Shown here: positions 13,451 through 23,944 of the stretch, one piece after another
Numbering within the stretch: the first letter of the stretch is position 1
Layout: the number at the start of each line of letters is the position of its first letter
Origin: Chiloscyllium plagiosum
Taxonomy: Eukaryota
Assembly (NCBI RefSeq): GCF_004010195.1
Contig: NC_057719.1
Coordinates: forward strand, 72,090,994-72,129,699
Length of the DNA stretch: 38,706 nucleotides
Reading direction: 5' to 3'
Position numbers and translations under genes: made by a program
The notes under the pieces: model-generated
What the model saw: only the letters and a program-made list of their open reading frames with translations
Database searches by the model: none
Told to the model about the DNA's origin: nothing

Positions 13451-13759
13451 CAGCTGGTGTTGATGGAGTAGTGGTTATCTCCCTTTATGTTCTGTTTGAA
13501 TCAAGGCCACAAGCACTCCACCAATATAATGATGACAGCTTTGGAGGCCCAGGCCCAGCAGAATGCTCAGTGATGGCCAGAGTTGTGCTCAAACCTGTAC
13601 TCCATCGCTCTAGCCTCAGATGTTCTTGAACAACACCAATTCTACAGGGGGAACGAAGCACCTCGATCTCACGCCAGGTACCTCTTTTTCTCAAGGCTCC
13701 CACAGGGAGGAGGAATTATGTCACCAAGATGGCAGCGGATTAGGACTCTAGTGTATCTC

Positions 13760-14230
13760 CCTCTATGGTAACTGAAACTGTGGAAAACATAGCACAGAAC
13801 TCTGTCTGGGCTGACATAACATAACCTGATCTTCCTAAGTATTGACTCCTCATTTCAAGAGATCTATAATTTGTTTTGTAATAGCTACTGTCATTATCTC
13901 CTTGGTAGCAGTCTGAGGATTTCATAGGGTGTTTTCAGCCAGGCAAAGAGGGGTACAGCTTTGGCATCCAGTAACCATTTTTGTATGTGTCAAGAACCTT
14001 TGAAAGGGGCTGCCACGATGAGTGGCCCAGAATAAAAGAGTCACGGCAGTCCCCTGGATACCCAGCACAGAGCTGGATTATCGGCTGTTGTGGTCACAAA
14101 TGATTTGGATGTTACGGGAATAAATCCTTTTTTGTTGGTGAGGACTGCTGTGTTTCTTAAGAGGAGCAGCTCCACGTGACCATCGGCACGGGCGCATGGA
14201 AGCATCACCGACTGACTGTTAGATTCCCTT
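13760..14230 (-). mobile_element. Fossil PIF/Harbinger DDE transposase, copy 2 (divergent)
   Basis: Minus frames: TNKKGF, NIQIICDHN, QLCAGYPGDCRDSFILGHS, KWLLDAKAVPLFAWLKTP, MRSQYLGRSG. These correspond to the NRKG/ICD/YPGSxHDS/WLLGDxGYPL/RFRCLDRSG motifs. Confidence 0.8.
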
Positions 14231-14648
14231 CAAATTGACAATACACTTTCTCATGCACAATAATCATTCTTACTTCAACTGCGGTGTTGTTAAAAAGCAA
14301 GTGTCAACATAGCTGCGGCATGAAGACTGTGCCAGGAATGCCACTACCCTATTCGTCTTCCTCCTTTACTGCACAGCCCACACCCCAGCCCGAATCCTAC
14401 CACTCTAAACCTCTCCAACACTCTTAGTCTTGTGTGTGATGATATAGTAGATGCAATGCCATGCCTTGGAGTTATAGCAATGGTCTGTCATCACCAATAG
14501 GTGGATGAGATTTTGAATGAAAATCCCTTTCTCCAGCAACCATTGAAAGATCATGATGTACTTTCACTCAGTACTTCAGGAAATTATGCAGTGGTGTTAT
14601 GAGCAATTATCTTAAAGCAATTGCAAAACAAGTCACTGAAATCAAATT

Positions 14649-14974
14649 GGGGAGAAAGTGAGGACTGCAGATGCTGGAGATCAAAGCTGAAAATGTGTTG
14701 CTGGAAAAGCGCAGCAGGTCAGGCAGCATCCAAGGAACAGGAGAATCGACGTTTCGGGCATAAGCCCTTCTTCAGGAATGAGGAAAGTTTGTCCAGCAGG
14801 CTAAGATAAAAGGTAGGGAGGAGGGATTTGGGGGAGGGGCATTGGAAATGCGATAGGTGGAAGGAGGTCAAGGTGAGGGTGATAGGTCAGAGTGGGGTAG
14901 GGACAGAGAGGTCAGGAAGAAGATTGCAGGTTAGGAAGATGGTGCTGAGTTCGAGGGATTTGACTGAGACAAGG
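14649..14974 (-). mobile_element. Penelope-like element 3' end / pseudo-LTR
   Basis: Reverse complement of the 12106-12229 terminus, plus a purine-rich (minus-strand pyrimidine-rich) 3'UTR. Confidence 0.85.
14743..14780 (-). ncRNA. Minimal type I hammerhead-ribozyme-like motif in the PLE terminus
   Basis: The minus strand reads attc-CTGAAGA-a-GGGC-ttat-GCCC-GAAA-c-GTC-gattc: both catalytic boxes, a perfect 4-bp stem II and a palindromic ACGT in place of stem III. PLEs are known to carry minimal hammerheads. Confidence 0.6.
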
Positions 14975-16224
14975 AAGATAGTGAGGGGGAACATCTGACC
15001 ATAATATTGATATGGTGATTTTGAGTAACCAGCAGCAAGATAACCATATTCACAAAGAAGTGCAGCAGAGAACAACATGGACCTCTCCAGACAGGTCCTT
15101 AAAGGGAAGCATGCAGTGTTCGAGGCCCTCTGTGGCAGCTAGGCACCTCAAGGACATTATTAACCCCAAAATGACATTTTAAAATGAATTTTGATAACTT
15201 ACATTGCAATATTTGATTGTTGTGTCCAAAGTCCAATTAAGGTGCTTGTGCTCTTTAATTTGGTTGAATCTAGTTTAATTTGATTTCAGTGCTGAAAATG
15301 TGTTGCTGGAAAAGCGCTGGTGGTGGGGTCCGTTTGGAGGTGGCGGAAATGACGGCGGATGATACACTGTATATGGAGGTTGGTGGGGTGGTAGGTGAGG
15401 ACCAGTGGGGTTCTGTCCTGGTGGCAGTTGGAGGGGCGGGGCTCAAGGGCAGAGGAGCGGGAACTGGAGGAGATGCGGTGGAGTGCATTGTCGACCACGT
15501 CTGGGGGAAATTACTATAAACCGACCGACTCCCACAGCTACCTAGACTACACCTCCTCCCACCCTACCCCCTGTAAAAATGCCATCCCATATTCCCAATT
15601 GCTTCGTCTCCGCCGCATCTGCTCCCAGGAGGACCGGTTCCAATACCGTACTACCCAGATGGCCTCCGTCTTCAAAGACCGCAATTTCCCCCCAGACGTG
15701 GTCGATGATTCCCTCCACCGCATCTCCTCCACTTCCCGCTCCTCCGCCCTTGAGCCCCAACCTTCCAACTGCCACCAGGACAGAACCCCACTGGCCCTCA
15801 CCTACCACCCCACCAGCCTCCATATACAGCATATCATCTGCCATCATTTCCGCCACCTCCAAACGGACCCCACCACCAGCGCTTTTCCAGCAACACATTT
15901 TCAGCACTGAAATCAAATTAAACTAGATTCAACCAAATTAAAGAGCACAAGCACCTTAATTGGACTTTGGACACAACAATCAAATATTGCAATGTAAGTT
16001 ATCAAAATTCATTTTAAAATGTCATTTTGGGGTTAATAATGTCCTTGAGGTGCCTAGCTGCCACAGAGGGCCTCGAACACTGCATGCTTCCCTTTAAGGA
16101 CCTGTCTGGAGAGGTCCATGTTGTTCTCTGCTGCACTTATTTGTGAATATGGTTATCTTGCTGCTGGTTACTCAAAATCACCATATCAATATTATGGTCA
16201 GATGTTCCCCCTCACTATCTTCCT
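14972..16224. repeat. Long inverted repeat: arms 14972-15512 and 15683-16224, 170-bp spacer
   Basis: Base-by-base comparison gives one mismatch in the outer ~380 bp and about 15 substitutions plus 1 indel in the inner ~160 bp. Confidence 0.97.
15291..15905. mobile_element. Head-to-head Penelope-like RT (thumb/linker) fragments
   Basis: The plus frame from ~15513 reads YYKPTDSHSYLDYTSSHPTPCKNAIPYSQLLRLRRICSQ...LTYHP...LQTDPTT. An inverted partial copy lies at 15316-15512. Both are fused to the 27-nt terminal piece gcgcttttccagcaacacattttcagc. Confidence 0.9.
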
Positions 16225-16354
16225 GCTTGATTGATATGTCATAGATCAATCTGACCTGGTTTCTTTCCCTTCTCAGTTACCAACATGATCTGAAATTATT
16301 TCATATGATCTGGGCTCATTGCATATTCCAGAAACCATTGTTGGGATATTTGTA

Positions 16355-16572
16355 TAATCAGTTCTGCTATAATGCATGTACCTTCAACATGAATCAGCTT
16401 TAACGCACTTGAAGGTTTTAGACTGTTATTTATAGAATGTGAACTTTCCTTACCTGTATTGGCTATAACACGATTCAGCCCCATTAGTTTAAATGGCCTG
16501 GCTATTGCACAATTTTCTTACAATGCGAGATTGCACAACAACAGGACTATCAAGTTATATCAGGACTGACTG
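16355..16572. mobile_element. Tc1/mariner-pogo (Tigger-like) MITE
   Basis: Imperfect TIRs, taatcagttctgctataatg versus the reverse complement cagtcagtcctgatataact, each flanked by TA (16353-54, 16573-74). Confidence 0.65.
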
Positions 16573-16680
16573 TACTTCTAACTCTTACTCCAACTAGTGC
16601 ACACCTTTGACAGTTCTTGATCTGTTTGCTTGTCATGTAGCTTTCATTTTCATTGGAAGAAGAATTTGCTGAATTTTTAA

Positions 16681-16785
16681 ATATTTCTAATCAATCTGTT
16701 CATAAATGTTATTACACCTCAGGAACAGGTACTTGAACCAGGCCTCTTGATCCAGTGCTAGGGACACTACCACTGTGCCACAAGA
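16681..16785 (-). mobile_element. Short tRNA-derived SINE
   Basis: Minus strand gtggcacagtggtagtgtcc (A box) ... ggttcaagtacc (B box), followed by a short tail. Confidence 0.65.
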
Positions 16786-16796
16786 ACTATACACCA

Positions 16797-16914
16797 TCCT
16801 GAAGCATACTGTGCTCTCATGCAAGCATGCGTCCAAGTACTAATCAGGCTTGCATCTGCTTAACTTCTGAGGTCAGATAAGATTGGATGTTTTCAGACTA
16901 ATCTGCCCATAGGC
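16797..16914 (-). pseudogene. 5S rRNA pseudogene or 5S-derived SINE head
   Basis: 118 nt on minus: gcctatgggca...tctgacctcagaagttaagcag...gcctgattagtacttgga...tgcttcagga. It is colinear with vertebrate 5S rRNA (box A GAAGCTAAGCAG, GTTAGTACTTGGA) but heavily mutated. Confidence 0.85.
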
Positions 16915-17174
16915 TCACAATGAGTTGAAAATTGGTTGTTGGGCAAGGTCAGTTGCACTACCTTCCAGGCATAAATTGCGCTGGAGATGGTAATGTCTTC
17001 ACTAATGACATTGCATGAAAATGCAGCAATTCAATCAATGCAAAGATATTGTGGTGTTGTATGATACTTCATGATCATTGATGTTCTGCTAGACCAGATA
17101 GTAGGGTAATGAAATGGTCACTTAGCAACATGCTTTGAAGTGCTTTGCCAGTGAACTGTCATGTGTTATCCATT

Positions 17175-18328
17175 AGAACATAAGAAATAGGGGAAGGCCA
17201 TTTGGCCCCTCAGGACTATTCCAGCTTTCAATAGGATCATGGTTTACCAAACTGACATTCTTCATGTCCATTTTCCTGAGTTTTCCCTATAACCCTTGAT
17301 TTCCCTACTGATCAAGAATCTAGTTATCTCAGCCTTAAATATACATTTGTGTGGCACAGTGGTTAGCACTGCTGCCTCACAGTGTCAAGGATCTGGGGTC
17401 AATTCTAGCCTTGGGCAACTGTCTGCATGGAGTTTGCACATTTTCCCTTTGTCTATGTCGGTTTGTGCCAGTTGCTCTGGTTTCCTCTCACAGTCCAAAG
17501 ATATTCAGGTTAAGTGGATTGGCCATGGGAAATGCAGGGTTACAGAGATAGTGTTGGGGGGGGTCTGTTTGGGATACTTTTCAGAGGTTAGTGTGGACTT
17601 AATGGGCTGAATGGCTGCTTCCACACTATAGAGATTCTATGACTCTGCCCCACTCTGTGGTAAGAAGCTCCAAAGACTCAAAACCCTCTGAGAGAAGTAA
17701 TTCCCTCTCATCCAAATTGTTGCCCCTTAATTCTAAATTTATCAATGAGATTATTTCTCATTCCTCTAAACTCCAGACAGTAGAGTCACAAACAGTTTAA
17801 TATTTGCTCATATGATAATCTCTCCATACTGAACGTTCTCTGAAATGCCTCCAATGAAATTATATATTTCTTAAATATGCAGACAAAAACTGCTCACAGT
17901 ACTCCAGATATAGTTGTCATTACCTTATGCAGTTGCAGTAAGATATAGTTGTCATTACCTTAAGACTTCTCTATTCTTAAACACCAACCCCCTTGAAATA
18001 AGGACCAATATTCCATTAGCCTTCCTGACGACTTGCTGTACCTGTGTGGTAGCTCTCTGTCTTTCAAGTACATGTACCCAAGTCCCTTTGTGTTCTAGAT
18101 TTCTGCAGTTTTTCTGTTCTTTGGTTCTTCCTTCCAAAATATACTTCACATTTTCCTACATATTATACTCCATTTGCCAACATTTTTCTCACTAACTTAA
18201 TCTATCAATATATCTCTATCAATATATCATGTTTGTATCCCTCTCACAACTTGCCTTTCCACATATTTTTGCATTGTCTGCAAATTTGACTCCAAGACAT
18301 TCACTTCCTTCCTCAAAGTCATTGATGT
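17175..18328 (-). mobile_element. CR1 LINE 3' portion (interrupted by a SINE)
   Basis: Tail agaacataagaaatagg; RT C-terminal QVQQVVRKANGILVLISRGLVFKNREV (ORF 17955..18149). Confidence 0.85.
17349..17644 (+). mobile_element. HE1-like tRNA-derived (V-)SINE
   Basis: gtggcacagtggttagcactgctgcctcacag head, gtctgcatggagtttgcacatt core and a CR1-like tail gggctgaatggc...gattctatga. Confidence 0.85.
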
Positions 18329-19125
18329 ATCTGACACAATCTGTTCTGGGATACAAGATAAAGTGAAAATAGCTCTATATTAGTAGTATCAATGATGGTC
18401 ATACTCCTGTCATTAAATCAAACATTAAGTCAACAAAGATAAATTTGGAGAAGCAATCTTTCACAATGATTTAATCTTTGCTGTGCATTAAAAATAACTC
18501 AGTTGTTAGCTTTGTCCAAGGTGTGGATGAGACATTGCATAGTCATAAAGACTCCCTTCACAGCTGGAGTTGACATATTTAACATGTCTTATGCGCATTC
18601 ACAAGCTCATGGATATCTTGGTTCATTACTTGTACACAGATTCACATGCTAGTTATCTTGTGCATTCACTACCCCGTGTCCCCAGTGTATAATGGACATA
18701 AGATTTTGGAGCTTTTTGGTATTTGGACTTGTTTGCCTTTGAACCTGATTTGTCATAGTATAGTAGGTTTGTCTGTTGGCCAAAATGAATAAAAGTTCTC
18801 AGGTACTTCTTTAATAATGCAAAACATTCTTTTATATCAATTGTAGTTGTCCATCTTTGGTATTTGCCAGTTGCAACTATTCATACTGGCTCTAGCCAAA
18901 GTATAACTAACTAACTCCGAGAATGTCTTGAGTTTTGTCGTCAAGAATAATTATGGATAGATCAAGAGGAATATCTAAACTTTTTGTATGTTGGATGATC
19001 TGCTCAATGTGTCAGACATAATGGAACCAAGCTTATATCTTATTTTAAAGTTATATCTCTCCAATTTGAGAGGTAAATGTTACGAATGTGGAGTGTACTT
19101 ATTAGTGGTTTTCAGCAGATTGTTT

Positions 19126-22100
19126 CAAGTGAATTGAATTTATTGTCACGTGTACCAAGGCACAGTGAAAAGCTTTGTCTTGTGAGCAATACAGGCAGAT
19201 CACAGAGTCAAGTAGCATAGATAAGTAAATAATAGATAAATAGCGGCAAAAACAAAAACACAGGTGCAGGCGAATGTTAAGAGTTTGTGAGTCCATTCAG
19301 TATTCTAACAACAGTAGGGTAGAAACTGTTTTGAAACCAACAGGTGCATGTGTTCAGGCTTCTGTATCTTCTCCCCGATGATAGAAGTTGTAGAAAACCA
19401 TTGCCAGTGTGGGATGGATTTTTGAGAATGCTGGCAGCGGGCCTGGTAGATGAATTCTATAGATGGGAAGTTGGCGTTTGTGATTATCGGGGCCGAGTTT
19501 ACCACTCTCTGTTACCATCTCTGATCTTGAATGGTACAGTTGCCATACCAGGTAGTGATACATCCAGACAGAATGTTCTCATTGGTACACCTATAAATGT
19601 TGGCAAGGGTATTTGCCCTCATGCCAAATTTCCTCAGCTGCCTGAGGAAGAAGAGATGTTGTTGGGCCTTTGTAACCAGTGCGCCCACATGAAGAGTCCA
19701 AGAAAGCTTGTTGTGGATGACCACTCCCAGGACCTTGACATTTTCCACTCATTCCACCTCTGTGCTGTTAATGTGTAGGGGGGCATGAGGAACATAATGA
19801 GTTCCTTGGTTTTGCCGGCATTGAGAGCTAGGTTGTTCTCAGTGCACCATTTTTCCTGGTCTTCCACCTCCCGTCTATAGTCTGTTTTATTGCCATCTGA
19901 GATTCGACTGACTATGGTGGTGTCATCAGCGAACTTGTAAATGGCATTTGTCTGGTATTTGGAGATGCAGTCATGAGTATACAGTGAGTATAGTAGAGGG
20001 CTGAGTACGCACCCCTGGGGGCTCCAGTGTTGAGTGTTAGTGAGGATGAAATATTGTCCCCAATCTTCACTGATTGTGGCCTGTGGGTCAGGAAACTGAG
20101 GATCCAGTTGCATAAAGTGGGGCTTTAGTCCAAGATCACTAAGTTTAGTAATCAGTGTCAAGGGGGTAATAGTGTTGAAGGTTGAACTGTAGTCAGAGTA
20201 GGATTCTTACAAAGCTGTTCTTGGTGTCAAGATGTTCTAGGGAGGAGTGAGGGGCAAGTGATATGGCATCTGACGTGGATATGCCGATAGGCAAATTGGA
20301 GTAGATCAAGAGTAGTAGGAAGGCTGGAGTTGATTAATGCCATGACCAACCTTTCAAAGCACTTCATGACAAATCTTTTGGAATTCTTTGAAGACATTTC
20401 AAACAAGGTGGACTACGGAGACCCTGTGGATGTGGTGTACTAAGATTTCCAAAAGACCTTTGACAAGGTGCCACACATGAGGGTGCTGCATAAGATAAGG
20501 ATGCATGGTGTTAGGGGTAGAGTATTAGCGTGGATAGAGGATTAGTTGACTGACTGGAAGCAAAGGGTGGGGATAAATGAGTGGTATTCCGGCTGGCAAT
20601 CAGTGACTAGTGGTGTACCTCAGGGATCGGTGTTAGGACCACAGTTATTCACATGACCAACAAATTTAGGGCCACTGGGCAGTAGTCATTGAGACATGCT
20701 GCATGAGCCTTCTTAGATACAGGGATGACGTTGGTCCTCTGGAAACAGGGAGAGACAGTGGCTTGCTGCAGGGAGAGGTTGAAGATGTCCGAGAAGACCT
20801 CTGCCAGTTGATCTCTGCATGCTCTGAGTGCACGGTTTGGTACTCCATCTGGTCCCATCGCTTTCCTTACATTCACAAGAAAGAAAACTGATCTGACTTC
20901 TGATGCGGTGACTGATCAGAATAGGTGTTACCTCTCCACCAAAATTCTGCTCAAAGCGAGCATAGAAGGCATTGAGATGATCTGGGAGGGATGTGTCATT
21001 GTCTGCTATCTTGCACTGTCTCTTTTTAGAACTGTGATGTCATTCTGTCCTTGCCATAGTAACCGGGTGTCTGTTGGGTCTTTAGTTTGGATCAGTATTG
21101 GTCCTTGGCTGTCTTAATGGCTCTGCGAAGGTCATACTTGGATTCCTTATATTTGAGTGGGTCTCCTGATCTGAAGGCCTCACACCCGGTTTTTAGCAGG
21201 TTCTGTATGTCCTGATTCATCTAGGATTTCCTGTTGGGGAATACCTGGATTGACTTCCTCAGTATGGAGTCCTCCACACACTTGCTGATAAAGTCTGTGA
21301 CGGTGGTGGCGTACTCATCCAAGGTACCTGCAGACTGTTTCAACATGGCCCAATCAGCCAATTCCAGACAGCACCGGAGCTGATCCTCTGCCTCCTCCGA
21401 ACAACACTGGACCTGTATCCGTGAGGGGGTCTCCTGCTTGAGCTTTTGTCTGTGAGCCGGGAGAAGAAACACAACATTGTGGTTGGAGTTCCAGAAATGA
21501 GGGCGGGGGATGGAGCTGTACGCATTTTTCACAGTGGTGTAGCAGTGGTCTAAAATATTTGGGTCCCTGGTGGAGCTGGTAATGTTCTGGTGGTACTTGG
21601 GCAACACCTTCCTTAGATTGGCTTGTTTGAAGTCACCAGTTACAATAAACAGGGCCTTGGGTTGTTCCGTCTCCAAGGTGTTAGTGGTGGAGGACAGCAC
21701 ATCCAGAACTTCCTCAACCTTTGCTTGTGGTGGTATATACACAGCAGTTAGTATAGCAGCGGTAAATTCCTGTGGTAGATGAAAGGGGTGGCATTCAATG
21801 GTGAGGAGTTCAAGGTTTGGGGAGCAATGGCTGCCCAGGGTTGCAATGTCCGTGCACCACAAGTTGTTGATTAAAAAGCAAACCCCTCCACCCTTTGTCT
21901 TATCCGAGGACGCCGTACAGTCCATACGCTGGATAGAAAAATCATCAGTCTCAAGTGCACAGTCAGGAATGGATGGATTGAGCCAGGTTTCTGTGAAGCC
22001 AAGTGTGCAGCAGTCCTGCAATTCACGCTAGAAACTGAGCCACGATCTGAGTTTGTCCATCTTGTTCACCAAAGATTGTACATTTACTAGGAGTAAGCTA

Positions 22101-22260
22101 AGATGGGGGGAGCATTGAAACCACGTAGTCTCAGTCTTATAGCAGGCCAGCACGCTTACCCTGCTTCCTCACAGGTTTCTTACATTTGAGTGGTCTGGTG
22201 GAGTGGATTGTGACTGCTTCCAGTTAAGTGATCCTTCCTAAGACCCTGTGGAGCAGGTAG
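19126..22260 (-). mobile_element. Rex1/Babar-type LINE, nearly complete EN-RT, frameshifted
   Basis: APE endonuclease CCTLGFTETWL...KTKGGGVCFLINNLWC...VYIPP...GDF (21221..22021). RT KAMGPDGVP...DIFNLSL (20649..20876) and [18 protein letters not shown]...YKFADDTT (19634..20161). A short-repeat 3' tail lies at ~19130. Confidence 0.9.
20371..20651 (+). mobile_element. Internal CR1 RT fragment inserted in the Rex LINE
   Basis: Reads NLLEFFEDI...VDVVY*DFQKTFDKVPH...SGVPQGSVLGPQLF and is flanked by catgac at 20365-20370 and 20652-20657. Confidence 0.88.
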
Positions 22261-22840
22261 GTTGCAGTTTAGTGTATTTTTACAGAGGGTCTGCTTAGGA
22301 CCCAGATTTATGATCTATGGCTTATGATCTATGGGCAAAGTAAATGGATCCAATAAAGTTTACGTTGTTGTTGTTGACCAACTCTTCCTGATGTTCAAAA
22401 TTTGGGACTTAATTCTTCCGGCTTCAGTATTTTGTGTGGACAACTGTTAAGTGAAATGTTGAGGTGCCTGGGTTTCAGCAAACTCTTAGGATGCCGTCTT
22501 TCTTTCGCAGACATTTGAGATTGTTGACCAATTTTATTGTGACCGTTCAATGACAGTGAGTGCAGGACAAATCTTATGAATTGTGTTACACTGTGATCTC
22601 TGCACACTGGTAGTCCTGTTTCTGCTGAACAATTAATATGTGTCAGATACAAGGTTTTGAAAAAAAAAGATGAGCTTGTGTAATGACACTGCAATGTGAC
22701 TCTTCTAATCTATTGAATTAGTGTTTCATTACATGCTTTGAAATAGTTTGCTATAATCTGTATCGTACAGCCCCTCTTACTGAGGTAAGTGTCTTTCACA
22801 ATGTATTGTGGTGATACTGTTGGCACTAACTGCTGTGTCA

Positions 22841-23151
22841 TAGAGTCATAGAGATGTACAGCATGAAAATAGATCCTTCGGTCCAACCTGTCCACGCCGA
22901 CCAGATATCCCAACCCAATTAAGTCCCAACTGCCAGCACCCGGCCCATATCCCTCCAAACCCTTCCTATTCATATACCTATCCAAATGCCTCTTAAATGT
23001 TGCAATTGTACCAGCGTCCACCACTTCCTCTGGCAGCTCATTCCATACACATACCACCCTCTGTGTGAAAAAGTTGCCCCTTAGGTCTCTTTTATATCTT
23101 TCCCCTCTCACCCTAAACCTATGCCCTCTAGTTCTGGACTCCCTGACCCCA
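22841..23151 (-). mobile_element. Well-preserved 5'-truncated CR1 3' end
   Basis: RGERYKRDLRGNFFTQRVVCVWNELPEEVV...; (ctatgact)n-type tail; gtgtca direct repeat at 22835-22840 and 23152-23157. Confidence 0.92.
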
Positions 23152-23703
23152 GTGTCAATTTTAGATTTTAGGATGACTCACAGAACACATCATTTTAAAA
23201 GTTTCTAATTGTCATCTACCATTGACCTCATCTATTCGAGTAATAATATGAAAATCTTAATCATCTTTTGCTGGCTGACTCTAAACTTTATAGATATGTT
23301 TACCACTGTGTAGTTTAACACTTACCTGGTGTCAGTGTTGTGTTGTTGTACTGTCTTGATGGATATTAATGGTTCAGCAGAAACAGGACTACTAGAGATC
23401 TCAGTGTTTCAAGTCAGTTTAAAAACCAACTGACTAGCAGACCCAGACAGAACTAACAGACCTTTAGGAACTCTGATAGCCCTTAAGAGACCATAATAAA
23501 TACTAACCAAATTTCATAATCCAAACAGAGCATAAACAAGATTGAAGTCCCACACTCAAAGTGTATTCTATGCCCTTACAACATCAATGTAAATTCTTGA
23601 TGTGATTCTGGGGAAGTAGTCATCCATCAACTGAAGTGGGGTGGTTGATAGTAAGCAACAGAGGTTCCTATGTTCAAATTTGACCTGATAATATAAAACT
23701 TCA

Positions 23704-23944
23704 AAAACAAGCAAAGAAAATGCTGGAGAAACTCAGCCAGTCTGGCAGCATCTATAGAGAGAGAAATGGAGTTAATGTTTTGAGCCCAATAAGACTCTTC
23801 TTCAGAACTACCTTATAGACACAGGCAGTTCCTAACTATTCCTAACTTCTCTCTCTACAGATGCTGCCAGACCTGCTGAGTTTCTCCAGGACATTCTGAT
23901 TTTGTTCCAGATTCACAGCATCCACTGTGTTTTGTTTTTAACAT
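23704..23944. mobile_element. Fold-back pair of Penelope-like termini
   Basis: ctggagaaactcagccagtctggcagcatct is inverted as agatgctgccagacctgctgagtttctccag. A hammerhead-like ctgaagaagagtc...ggctcaaaac lies on minus. The flanks are aaacttca (23696-23703, 23945-23952). Confidence 0.75.

Larger units (their letters stand above)
16930..23320 (-). mobile_element. Fragmented fossil Ty3/Gypsy gag-pol hosting nested insertions
   Basis: Protease LKSKIDTAVSAN (rejoined across the CR1 at 22841-23151) and VTLQCHY...ETGLPVC (22590-22740). RNase H end LKLERYNFKIRYKLGSIMSDTLSR (~18985-19075). Integrase GHGGSECTR*LACESVY...NQDIHELV, PWTKLTTELF...IIVKDCFSKF, CIPEQIVSD (18330-18700), continuing near 17040-17160. 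Confidence 0.75.

Noticed and set aside
12590..14230. Domesticated HARBI1 gene
   Set aside because: Multiple stops and frameshifts, and two divergent copies, fit transposon relics.
15395..15926. Cluster of mirrored ORFs, including a 171-aa ORF, as a novel gene
   Set aside because: They are by-products of the inverted PLE fragments; only the YYKPTD...QTDPTT part is real (transposon) coding sequence.
16797..16914. Functional 5S rRNA gene
   Set aside because: Many substitutions, a damaged box C region, no T-run terminator and no tandem array.
17349..17420. tRNA-like sequence (also 37110-37182 and 16725-16785)
   Set aside because: These are SINE heads with body and tail attached; no convincing cloverleaf was seen.
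21221..22021. Longest ORF (266 aa) as a host gene
   Set aside because: It is the APE endonuclease of the Rex/Babar LINE.
22306..22333. Short tandem duplication ttatgatctatgg x2
   Set aside because: Ordinary slippage-scale duplication with no further structure.
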